From Amphiscolops sp. MND2022 (Eukaryota): a stretch of DNA of 64,000 bases. The translations under genes were made by a program, and so were the position numbers. Shown in pieces: positions 25,256 to 37,479 of this stretch. The notes beneath the pieces are model-generated. The model saw only the letters and a program-made list of their open reading frames with translations. It searched no databases and was not told where the DNA came from. Every line of letters begins with the position of its first letter. Position 1 is the first letter of the stretch. The stretch is from positions 82,648,001 to 82,712,000 of the forward strand of contig OZ076409.1 of the NCBI GenBank assembly GCA_964187785.1, given 5' to 3'.

Positions 25256-28200
25256 TGTGACAAGCTACTACAGTGACCTCTACCGTAAACTCAATTCATA
25301 CCGTAACATACGGACATAGAGAGAGACTTGGTCTTGTTTACCAAAAGAACACTAATTACTGTCATTTTATGTTATTGTATCGGTAGATCAGTTATACATT
25401 CTTGAAGTACGTGAATAGATAGATACTGCAAAAGATACTGAGGTAGCGTCCTAACACAGAGAACCGTTTTTGACCGTGAGACCTTAGATTACAACATGAC
25501 GCAGTAGCAAGATTTTACTTTTACCGTGTAAATACTAATTTTACACGACTAAAGAAACAATGACAACAACCACGAACAATATACTACTACCCTACCTCGC
25601 GGATACCAGACTTGACGGCAAAAAATTATACACCCCCAAATAATGGACCGAACGGATGAGACACTATAAGAAACGAATTCACGACAATGGCATGAAACCA
25701 GCTTTATCCGGAGAAACAATACCAACCAACAACGGATGGACGGAGAAAGAACACATAATACGACAAGATTTCATCTGGGAAGCCGGACCATCTGCGATAG
25801 AAATGACCACAAAAGGGGAATTTAACACGGACCCGGTCACGCCCAACACAGAAAAACTCATAGAACTATTCAAAGATTATTATATGCCCAAACGCAACAC
25901 CTAGTATAGCCGTCGAGACACCTTCTGGGCAAAATAGGAGGAAAACGAAACACCAGAAGACCACTGGCGAAAACTAGTATCGTTGGAAAGCAATTGTGAA
26001 CTCAACGACATCAAACAGGAAGACCAATTGAAATCAAAATTCATCACCAGGATAACCGACAAGAACTTACGGGAAAGACTCATCCGTGGAAAATCTCTAA
26101 ACCTGAAAAACACAATGGATTTGTTAACCCAATACAGTTATGAGAAAAGACATAAACAAAAAACAAAACCACCAGTACTTGCGAAAGAAAGAGAAATAAA
26201 AGAAGGACCGATACAAAACATACAACCGCGAAACAAACAAAACTACCGGAAAAACCCCAAAACAGCAACGAAAAACAAAAACTGAGAGTTTTGCCGACAA
26301 AAAACTGGTCACCACTACACAAAAGTCCCGCAAAGACGGTGGAATGCAACAACTGCCACAAAATAGGACACTTCGCAAAAGTATGCTTCAGCAAACCAGA
26401 AAACACGAGAAAACAAAGAATAAACTACCTCGAAGAAACACACAGCGAAGAAAAAGAAAGCGAACTGGAAGAGATCCTACAGATAACACAAATCAACCGA
26501 ATACTACCGGACAAAAACGACAACTACAGTATAAAATTAAAATCAATGGAAAGTACCAACATTTCACCATCGACACCAGATCTCCGGTCACAATTATGCC
26601 ATACAACCCGAATTATACAACCAGAAAGAAATACAATCGCCAAAAGAAAAATACCAAGATGTGAACAAAAACGAAGTCAAATTCCTGGGGAAAATGTAGG
26701 CAAACATTGAATACAACAGCGAAACTACAAAATTACCAATACTTATGACACAAAGGAGCGACATTACACCAGTGCTGGGTGTAAACTGGGTAAAACAACT
26801 ATCAATCACTATCAACAAAACTCTATTGGACGAACCCACCAACCAATCAAATAAATCTACAAAAAATTTCACTAACTATTCGAAACGAACCACACAACCA
26901 AAAACGCAGAAGTGAAGATCCAAATAAAACCAGAATGCCACCCCATTCCTTAGAAAGCCAGACCAATACCTTATCACTTGCGGAAGGATGTAAAAAACGA
27001 ACTGGACCAAATAAAAAATCCGGACCCCTCGAAAGACTGCAAACAATCGAAGAAGTTTGTTTTTATCACCCGTAGTATCTACGGTATAGAAAGACAATTC
27101 GGTAAAAATCGCTTTAGACGCCCGTAAACTAAACGAAAGCTGCGTGAAAAAAATCCGCACATGCCAAACATGGAAGAACTAAGAAATCAAATATCCGCCG
27201 AATTATCAAGAAATGACCACGACCAAATACGGATATCCGTAATAGACCTCGACTGCGCCTACAGACAAATAAAACTACCACCAGAAACTAGCAGAGACTG
27301 CAACTTCACAGTGAACGGCAAAAATATGAACGGCTACTACCGATTCTTGAAGGGTTTATACGGCCCAGCCGACATACCAACCATTTCCAAGAGAAAATTG
27401 ACAGAACAATGGGACACCGAACACAAGGGTGGCTTGATGATTTTATCATCGTCACCCGCGGAAAGAAAGAAAAACATACACGAAAATTGCATTCGGTACT
27501 TTCCAAACAAGAAAACGAAGGCAACCAAGCAAGCCAGAAAAAATCAAAATTCTACCAAAAAGAAGCAATAGGGCTCGGACACACAATATCACAAGACGAC
27601 ATCAGACCAAACAAAGAAAAAACAGACGCAATAAACAAGTTGGAACCCCCGACGAACGCCAAAACATTGAAATCCTTCCTCGGTGCCATCCAATTTTCCG
27701 CAAAATTCATACCCAACTTTTCCGAGAAAACCGACAACATGAGACAAATACTCAAGAAAGGAACGAAATGGGATTGGACGACGAACCGAAATGCGGATTT
27801 CAACAAAATAAAACAAGAACTCACAAAACTACCCAGTCTAACACACTACAACGGAAACAAAGAAAACATCGTCACCACTAATGCCTGCAAATCCGGATTA
27901 GGATTTGAACTTTGGCAAAAACAACGAAACAATGAACTAAGCCCATCGCATTTGCCAGCTGCTACCTGGACTACGCCGAAAAAAAATATTCCATTGGCGA
28001 ATAACTAATTCTCAACCATCAAGCACTAGAACCACTGCTGAAACGAAACAAAGCAAACAAACATTATAGCGCGCGACTAACACAATGGCTATACAGATTA
28101 AACAATTTTGACATCAGCCTAAAACACACCGCATGTGAAGAAATCAAAATTACAGGTTCTATCAGCCGCAATCCAACCAAAACTCCAGACCCGGAAGAAA

Positions 28201-30425
28201 ATTACGAAGAAGAACTCGTTATCAACGTCATCGCGCAACTAGCCACCGTAAACGTCCGCATAGGACGGATTTTCAACCAATCAGACTGCGCGAACACGGC
28301 AAACGAAACAAACATGCGTGTTACACGCTGGCTAATCGATACGCGACGCTACCAAACAAACAAAAGCCAAATTAACTCCAATTACCGTACATAAAAGCCG
28401 CATATTGAAAATCATAATCTCGTCGAGATAGAAAGTAACCATTCAAAATTGAATGATAACCAGGACGCACGTTACTTCCGCATGAAAAGCCAATTACGTT
28501 ACCATTGGGGCGCAGACGAGGAAATTATGTCCATCATAAACAAGAGAGACAAATTGCCCGAAACTTCGGAACTAGTCACGGGGCGCATCGAAATGGCAAG
28601 GACTGGTCCAATGAAACCACACTGGAACAAGAACCTGGGTAGAAAAATCTACGTACCATAAAGACCGGAAGAAAACGCGAACAGAACGAGAAGAGAGAAA
28701 TCAAAAGAATTGACCTTCAACTGAAGAGGAAAGAGAGAGAATCCCGCATCGGCGGCGGATACTTCAGAGACTTCGGCGACGAAATACCGCAAAGAGCAAC
28801 AGTGCAACACAAGTCCAGGCGAATAGAGAAGAGACCCACCTCAAAAATGAAACCCACAGAGACGCCAAATCTACCACCTCCGACAATTCCGAAGAAGCGG
28901 TGGCAACACACAAAACCGGAGCCTACCCGCATTACCCGTTCAAAAATACCGCGAGGGCCCGATCGAAGAGATAAAGTGCACTACGTAAGAATAATTCGAA
29001 CGTGCGGGAACATATCGAAACAAAAAGAAATTGAAACCCTGCTCAGCCTGCCTCAACGCCGGTAAAAGAACATAAAATTTCAGATACCCCAAACTGAAAA
29101 ACAACAAAAAAAGAACCGCCAAAACACCGTGCGAAGAAATCTAACTAGATTTCACCGGAAATCTACACAACAAAAAAATTATCCTCCACAATGTATATCG
29201 TTATTGCAGTCGACAAAAATAGCCGATGGCCAGCAACCAAAATGAGCAAAAATACGACCCACGAAACCGTAATAACATTTCTTAAAAATTACATAAATGT
29301 TTACGGAGTACCAAAATAAAATCAGATAAAAGAGGCGCCTTTTTCTGAAAAGAATTGAAGGAAATTTGTGAACCACAAAAGGTCAAGCGTGTCTACGGCA
29401 CCGCCAACTTACACACTGGCACCGGATTGGTCGAACGTACAATCCAATCACTGAAGAACCTAATATTAGCCAACCTGCAAGACGTACTAAACCTCCGTGA
29501 AAGCGTTAATAGAGCACTATATGTCCTAAGATTCACCACACACTCCGAAACTAGGGAAACACCATTTGAGGCTCACTGTGGACGCGCCCCCAGAACCAAG
29601 ATATCAAACCTGAAAAAAGCTATTTCAGTGGACTCAAAAGAGCACACAGTGTATACAACCCGGAACACAGTCGGGGAAATTACCGACCATCAGTCATGCC
29701 CAAAAAGAAGACCCAAAATTCAGACGAGGGATGACTTTCTCCCAAACCAAAAAGCCGACAAATACGGTAAGTACAAACAAGTTCAACTACCCCCCCCCCC
29801 TAATTCTGCAAAATACTGCAAAAAGAACTCCCTGGATAGCAAATTTAAAAAGAAAATTCAAACTGCCGTACCGGGAACGGGACACACCGTAATCACCGAC
29901 AAAAAGAAAATAACACACCGAAAATTAACTTCTAACCCGCTTACCTTCCAGCAAACAGCACCGACAAAACGGATCAACACCCTCCAAAACACCGCTGACC
30001 AGCCTACTTGCTCCAAAACTTTGGACCCAACAAGCTACAGCGGAACACCATGCGTCTTCAGCAGAAAAGAAGCCCCCAAGCCCATCAACCATGAAAGAAG
30101 CGAACACTGCCGAAAGAAAAAAGAACAACCGCGGAACAACAACCATTTACATCCTCGAACAAAAACACGGACAAAGAAACAGACGTAAACCTGAGCATCA
30201 TATCGGACGAAGACGAATTTGAGTGCTACAACAAGTCTAAAGGAAAACCCGTGCATACAAATTTTGATGACGACTTATAGCTCTCGCCAAAAGAAAGAAA
30301 CCTAACCCCCGAACAAGGTATATATTGGAAAACCTAAAACACCAGAACCAGTCAGAAAGTCCAAAAGACTCCCTTTTGTAAAACAAACCGAAAAACTAGG
30401 CGGAGTACCACTACCAAGCAAGTAA
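25256..30425 (+). mobile_element. Ty3/gypsy (Mag-like) copy B: 5' LTR 25256-25496, PBS, decayed gag-pol; 3' end lost in the assembly gap
   Basis: TGTGACA...ACAACA|TGACGCAGT; Gag CNNCHKIGHFAKVC, protease TIDT, RT GWLDD, LKSFLGAIQF, RNase H, integrase GLVERTIQSLK; many stops and frameshifts. Confidence 0.93.
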
Positions 30426-30625
30426 NNNNNNNNNNNNNNNNNNNNNNNNNNNNNNNNNNNNNNNNNNNNNNNNNNNNNNNNNNNNNNNNNNNNNNNNNNN
30501 NNNNNNNNNNNNNNNNNNNNNNNNNNNNNNNNNNNNNNNNNNNNNNNNNNNNNNNNNNNNNNNNNNNNNNNNNNNNNNNNNNNNNNNNNNNNNNNNNNNN
30601 NNNNNNNNNNNNNNNNNNNNNNNNN
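30426..30625. other. Assembly gap (200 N)
   Basis: Run of N. Confidence 1.
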
Positions 30626-31587
30626 CTGTGACAACGGAATATTCAACTCGGTAGCGAAAAGGAGAGTTATTCTGGTTAATTTGATTAAGGGAAACTGCCT
30701 CGCAGACACTCAGTATGTTTTCTAGTAGGTTCCTGGAATTTGCCAAATTTCGTGCAAAATTTTATCTTCGTATGTATAAAAAAGAACATGTATATTTTTC
30801 AGCAGAATAGACTCACGTTGCTTGTTGACCGTTTTCCCCAAATCACGGTTGAATTGGAAGATACTTATTATTTTTAAACTGTTGCTACTAATCCCAAACT
30901 CAATATCTAGTTCTCACCTCATTGTGTGGACTCGCGCCATTTCTCGAAGAACTTGTCTCGCTTTCATTTACTTCTATTTCCTTTTCGGTGATCCGTCTTC
31001 TCGAAGTACACTTTTCTGTGGTTTCTTCCAAGAATTCACTTTCGGTATGTCTTTCGTCATGAAGCAATTCAGTTTCCGTGGTTGCCGAAGTTTGCGCTTT
31101 TTGCTTTGTCGACGTTTTCCCGCCATGTAGCATCATCGGGTTTGTTCTCATCTAAACAGCTGAGACAAATTAAGTACTAGAAAAAACCATGTAATTATAT
31201 AATCGGCAGCCAAGTTGAAACTGCTTGAACTTTTCAAAACTATTTGCCATTTAAAAAGCACAATCGTCGAGATTTCACAAAAACCTCCCAGAAATGCCTT
31301 TGTAAGAGATTCTCCAATTTATTTTACTTTTATCAAGTTGTCTGCAAAATAAATTCAATATGGAGACAGAAAAGTTTTGAAATCTTCTAAAACTTCCATT
31401 TTCAATGCAACTGAGACATTATCACCTGATCGTCTTCTATTCCTTTTGAAACTTCAGTCACTTGAAACATATCAAAGTAGCATCCTATAGATAGAACTGA
31501 AAGTATTTCTAATTCATTACCGTCTCAATAAATTTCTTTCACAATTTAATTTTTCAAATACTCAAGTGATTTATGCAAACTCTACGC

Positions 31588-33926
31588 CAGGGACCGTAGT
31601 TTTATGCGCGCCACTAAAATCGCATAATGAGCGCGTAAACGGACTTTCCTAATAATGCGCATAATCGAGCACATAAAGCAAGCTTAACATCGCACGGAAA
31701 CGAAGGACTCTCGTTTTCAACTAGTAAAACTTGACAGTCCTTCGTTCCGGTGCGCCCCAAATCCAGCAATTTTATTGAACAGCAAAATTTTGTGAGTGAT
31801 GGCAAGCACAGATTGTATTTCAAACAGATTCCAGGAAGTTTTTAAACTAAATAGAGTTTAAATGGGTATTGTTTCAATTTCCAGAGTTTTTATATATTCT
31901 ATATAAGATCGTTTTCATTGAATATTTCTTGGCATTCCTATATCAAGTGATGCGGAAATTACAGAAGTTCCTTCAACGTCAGCGGGGCATGGCAGAATAC
32001 GGAAACACGTTAGCAAAATGCCTGCAAAACAAAGTGCTCAACAAAGCAGTAACAAAAGTTTTTATGCTGATGGTGATATTCTCTTTTGCCGAGCATGCTC
32101 GAAAGCAGTGGATCACAACCGCCAAAGTGTTCTGAAGTTGTACTGTCAGTCGCAGAGTCACAAGGAAAAAATGTCAAAAAAAATTTCACCCAAGCAAAAA
32201 ACGCTAACGACAACAATGTTTGCTCCAAAAATGCCACAGTCGAAAATATTAAGCTTAGAACGAATTTCGTCCGATGGCTGGCGGCCAATAAAGTCCCCTT
32301 CAATGTTGCGGATACCAAAGCTACAGAATATTTCGCCAAAACCCATATTCGTGCGGGGGGAGCAATTCCGAAGTCGAAGGCACTGCTTCATTACCTTGAA
32401 GGCTGCGCTAAAGTAGACAGAGAAAAATTGAAAAAGCTAATGGTCGGCAGAAAAATAAACATCTTCTTCGATGAAACGTCGGATTCGTGTGGCAGATTCG
32501 TTTGGGCCATTTTATTCAAGCAAGGGCATTCCTCAGACACCAGTGTTAGTCGAATTGTTGATAGAAAAAACTCCGGTAAACCATGGCCGAGTTGCAGAAA
32601 TGGTTTTGTCAGCGCTGAGTGATTATAATATTGCCTACAATGACGTAATGGGTTTCACTACCGATAATGCTAGTGTTATGTTGGCATCATTTAGAAACGT
32701 TTTGAAACTAGTTTTGCTCAAGTCAGTGCACCTGTGCTGGTTAGCCCACCAGATGAACTTAGTGGTGCGAGTTATCATCAAAGAGTTTCCCGAAGCTACG
32801 TCATGGTGTCAGGATTTCAATTCCTATTTCTGCCCATCGGGAGCAAGAAGTTACCGGTACCAACAGCATCTAGAATATATTGGGGAAGGAAGACAAAAAA
32901 CACCCTAACCGATCCCTACCCGATGGGTATCTATCTTTAACGCCATCAGTTACCACAAGAATTATCTTTCAGATGAAAGATCGTTTATCCAGTTGGAACT
33001 TCTGGAAGATTCTCAGAATGATATTCTCGGGACATTGCAAGGAATGTTGGTAGATTATAAAAGTTTACAGTTTGAGCTAGATTTCGTATCATTTCACGCC
33101 AAGCCTTACATTCGAGCCTTAGAGTTATTCGAATCGGATCTGACATTGGGTATGTTCCTTACGGTGCTGTTGAAAACGTGATTTTTGATCGAAATGCCCA
33201 GATGTCCCTTTCCACAGATTCTGTAACCCAGATCACAGAAAATTTTGACCGAGACTTTTTCCAGCGACCACATGTAGAAGTTAGCCCAGCAGGTTAATCG
33301 AGCGTCAACAAATGCCTACAATAAAATCATGAAATACTTCTCGGAAAATGATGGTTCCTACCCTGCTCGGAATTTTCTCAAAGTTATTGAATACTTTCAT
33401 CCAGTCAAAAGCCTTAGTTTTCCTGACAATCCAAACCTCAAGCATGTTCCTGACTTCGACACAGTACCTACCACAGAAAAATTTGGTTACCGTATTCTCG
33501 CCGGAGAATTCCAATTAAACTACAGTGCAGATTTGTCCACACAAGAAGAGCTACAGCAACTTCGTGACTTTTGGGTTTCATTGTCTAACAAGCTTCCCAT
33601 CTTGGCAAAAATTGCTGAAACTAATGGCTTTGCAGTCTGCTCTTCTGCCGCAGTAGAAAGAGTGTTTAGTTACTTCCATAAACTTTTTACCGACGACAGA
33701 CATAATTTAGGCTTAGAGACAATTAGAGAGTTGATGTTTCTGTACATAAATGCCAGTTTCTTTTGTTAAAAAGAACCAAAATACATTTTTGTGAACGGGC
33801 GCATATTTTCCGGAAAACGAGCAAGAGCCTCTAAAAGTGCATAATTTGCCGCATAATCTGCCATAATTGAGCGCATAATAAAGCCTATAATTTAGAAATA
33901 TCTTGCACATAAAACTGCGGTCCCTG
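31588..33926 (+). mobile_element. hAT DNA transposon, full length (2339 bp)
   Basis: TIR CAGGGACCG(T/C)AGTTTTATG(C/T)GC at both ends; perfect 8-bp TSD CTCTACGC (31580-31587 and 33927-33934). Confidence 0.95.
32018..33769 (+). pseudogene. hAT transposase (CGGBP1-like zinc finger), frameshifted
   Basis: FYADGDILFCRACSKAVDH zinc finger, IFFDETSD, FTTDNAS, C..H-like HLCWLAH, C-terminal LAKIA...SSAAVERVFS; split over several frames. Confidence 0.9.
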
Positions 33927-34976
33927 CTCTACGCCTGTGAAATTTTACGCTCTTTATAATGAGCGTAAATTTTCACAGGCGTAGAGTTTGCATACATCAC
34001 TTGAGTATTTGAAAGATTAAATTGTGAAAGAAAATGATTGAGACGGTTATGAATTAGAAATACTTTCAGTTTTGATTGATTTAGTGGACACTGTTTTCGA
34101 TGTTTTATAGATAATATGGGTTAAAGGAAGCATCACGAAAACAAATTTCCCAACAAATTCAGTTGGTGATCTCACAGCATTAGCAAAATAATTCGGAGAG
34201 TGTGACATCCAATGACATGACACAGTATATTACCAGAAAATTTTGCCCTGCTACAGATATCACGTAACATAAAAATATGCAACAAAAACCGAAGCATATA
34301 GAAGCAAACACAACGAACTCATGGAACGCAGAAATGAAAAAAAAACGTCAGTATTCATCTCTGAAAACTTTTGTTTGCTGCATTGATGTTTTCAAGGGCA
34401 TAGCTTTGTACAATTTTGGGTGTAATCCATTGGTATATTGTAACATTCTCGGAAATTGGTACACAGACCCCCCTCGAAAAAAAAGCGCTGACTGACAGTT
34501 TTTCAAATTGAAAACCGCGCTCAAAAGCATTTCCGCTCTGTCTCCACTCCCAAGTTTGTCCGTCACTGCGAAGTTTGAATCTGCATCTATCAGAAAAGAC
34601 ACATTTTGCTCTGTTGTTCCAAAAAACGACGTTTTCGAAGACACCTTTATTTTTTGCAGGTAGCAGGATTTTGTCGCTAAACAACGCATTGTTCTTGAAT
34701 AAACGACAAATAATGAACTGTTTTCTTCACACCGACTGAATTGCGCTTTATATTGACATTTTTGGGTGTAAGAAAACGTTTTGTTTTCCGCAATAATAAA
34801 TTCATCAACATGAGACATTTTAAATTTTCACAACATTACTAGAATAATAAATTTAAAGAATGAATCTACTGTTCGGAGTACTTGAAAAAACAATTTGAAA
34901 ACGTTATCTGTGCAACTTAAAAAAGGCAGGTCTATCAAAAACTGTCTCATGTTGATGAATTTATTTTGGTTGGTTA

Positions 34977-35044
34977 TTGAGACTATAAAAGAACACCAGA
35001 CTTTTACTTTAATGTAAAAGTCTGGTGTTCTTTTATAGTCTCAA
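34977..35044. repeat. Perfect 31-bp hairpin with TTTAAT loop
   Basis: TTGAGACTATAAAAGAACACCAGACTTTTAC followed by its exact reverse complement. Confidence 0.95.
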
Positions 35045-35480
35045 AAACCAAGCATGATGCCCATGAGTTTTGCTCATTCACATACACTTTAAAAAAAGAT
35101 AAATGCAAGCCTTGTCGCATGGAAGACGTGGGAGAAAAGGCATCTTGAGAACCCCGGAATGCTTAAGTTGAAGCTAAAACCGGTGAAACCCTTTTTTCGA
35201 CCTTAAGTACCTATAAAACAATTATGACCAACTAAAATTGGGAAGAACTTATGAAGAGTGCCCACTCAAACTATACAAATGTCTATAAATTATCGATGTC
35301 TAGGTTCTTTTTCATATCTTTTTCCAATTGGAAACTATAGTATAGTGAACAAGAGCTTCATACTGTAACCATGTTTTCCCCTGAAATTTATGCTTCGGAT
35401 GCTTCTCGAGTGATCAAAAATTATGTCATAGGCTCATATGACCTCGTTGAATTAAGCTCTCGATTGGGATTATGATCAAA

Positions 35481-35950
35481 TTAGTAGTTGAAACACAAAA
35501 TAACAAAATAACTAACTGGAAAATAGAATTTCCGTGTCAACGTGTGACGCTGGGAAGAAATTGACACAAATTTTTCGTTGAAGGCGTCCAATCGCTCTTG
35601 CACTGATCGATTGACACACGTCATCATCGAGAGAAGATCATCAGAGTGAGAATACTTTTGGAAAACGAGAAGGATCATGTTAATGAAGAATGATCCATGT
35701 TGGAGTCTGTAACTTTTGAAACCGGGAACTGTTGAATGTCCCACGAAAAAGTCACTGTGAGACGAAATCCGACTTTTGACATCAGAGTCAAACGAACCGG
35801 AACCGTCCGAGCTACAGTTTTTAGGATTGCCGTCCAAGTTTACTTGTTGCTGCAAATCTTCAGCTGAAACATCGACCAGAAAATTGCGGATATATGATTC
35901 TTCACCCGGGCCCACTGTGCCATGGAGACTATCCGGATCCATCCGATGAA
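35481..35950 (-). CDS. Caspase exon 2: linker and small (p10) subunit
   Basis: SDFFVGHSTVPGFKSYR...GSFFI...DLLSMMTCVN...TLTRKFYFP; acceptor CACGTAG|TT is in phase with the donor at 44671. May instead end at a GTTAGT donor after FYFP. Confidence 0.88.
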
Positions 35951-36089
35951 CTACGTGGATTAGACATTCATCCAAATGCATGCAAATATCAAAAATTAAC
36001 ATTATTAAAACGGATACGGGCAAGAATATTGATGTAAGTCAATAAATAAGGCACCATAAAACTCGAAAAAAAAAGTTTTGATCTTACTC

Positions 36090-37440
36090 CGACTACCCTG
36101 GAATCATAGATGGTCTAGACTATGGTCAGTCAGTAACCATAAAAGTTTATGACCGTCTATGATTAGCAACGGATCATTCAATAACAAAATGGCACACTAT
36201 GATCAGTCTAGGATTACAAAAAACGTAAAAAACCAAAAATGTCAGACTATGATAAACCCTCGAACTATGAAAATTCAAAATAGAAGACTATCATCAGTTT
36301 GAGATCATGAAGGTCTAAAGCGACACGCTATCATCAACCTGGAAGCGAACAGTTCCAAAACAGCAGACTATTGCGAGCCTGGGAGCATAAACTTCCATAA
36401 TGACACACTATGATTGATTACACTGGGTTCACGTGTACGAGAATGGCAGACGATGAAGACTATGATCAAACCCGGTTTGAACTAATCGAAAATGGCAGCC
36501 TAGGATCAGTCTGGAGTCAAACAGTTCCAAAATACTAGACTTCGATCAACCTTGAATCATATAATTCCAAAATGGCAGCCTATAAAGACTAAGGTCATTT
36601 TGAAATAATACAAAAAAACCAAAATGGCAGACTTAGAACAGTCTGGGATCGCATAGTTTCAAAATTGCAGATAAATGTTTATCAGTCTGAAATCATACGG
36701 TTCCAAAACGACAGATTACGATCCCCTAGAATCAATTGTACAAGAATTACAGACGATGAAGACTTTGATCAAACTGGGGTCATACAAATATGAAATGGCG
36801 GACTATTACTACCCTTAATAATATAGTTCAAAAAAGACAACGAAGACTTTGATAACCCTTAAAACATACCTATTCAAAACGCGGATTATGATCAATATGT
36901 TATCGCATAGATCCAAAATCTGTTGTAATGATCAACATGCGATCATACCATTCCAAAAGGGCGGAGTGCAATCATCCAGAGATTTTACAGTTCCAAAACG
37001 GCACACTGCGATAAACCTGGGATCATTCAGTTTCACAAAAGCAGACTATGATTACAATGTGTTCAATAGTACGAGAATGACAGAGGATCAAGTCAATGAT
37101 CAGTTTGCAATCACACAAATCCAAAATGGTAGACTATGAATAACCTGGGATAAAACAGTTCAAAAATGGCGATTAACAAAGACTTTGACCAGTCTGGAAA
37201 GTACCAATCGAAATGGCGGATTATGATCAATATAGGATTATACAGTTTCAAAATAGCAGACTATGATCAGACTGGGATCATACAGTTCGGGATTAGCAGA
37301 GTATGTTCGGTATAGAATCATACAAATCTGAAGCGTTAGACAGCGATCAGTTTGGGATCATACAATTCCAAATTGCCACACTTTTGTCCGCAGTGAATGA
37401 AACAATTCCAAAATGACCGACAGTCTATGTACAGATAACT
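36090..37440 (+). repeat. Diverged ~40-bp minisatellite array (~30 copies)
   Basis: Approximate consensus GACTATGATCAGTCTGGGATCATACAGTTCCAAAATGGCA; some units carry an extra GACGATGAA. Confidence 0.85.
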
Positions 37441-37479
37441 ATGCGACCTAAAAGACACAGGGTTTGCATCATAAGGTGT

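Larger units (their letters stand above)
31495..34071. repeat. Foldback palindrome (~110-bp arms, loop TTTATAAT at 33953-33960) split by the hAT insertion
   Basis: 31495-31587 joined to 33935-33952 is the reverse complement of 33961-34071. Confidence 0.85.

Noticed and set aside
30302..30746. ORFs spanning the N run
   Set aside because: Artefacts of the assembly gap
36090..37440. Regularly spaced repeats suggesting a CRISPR array
   Set aside because: Whole units are homologous with no unique spacers, there are no cas genes, and the context is eukaryotic
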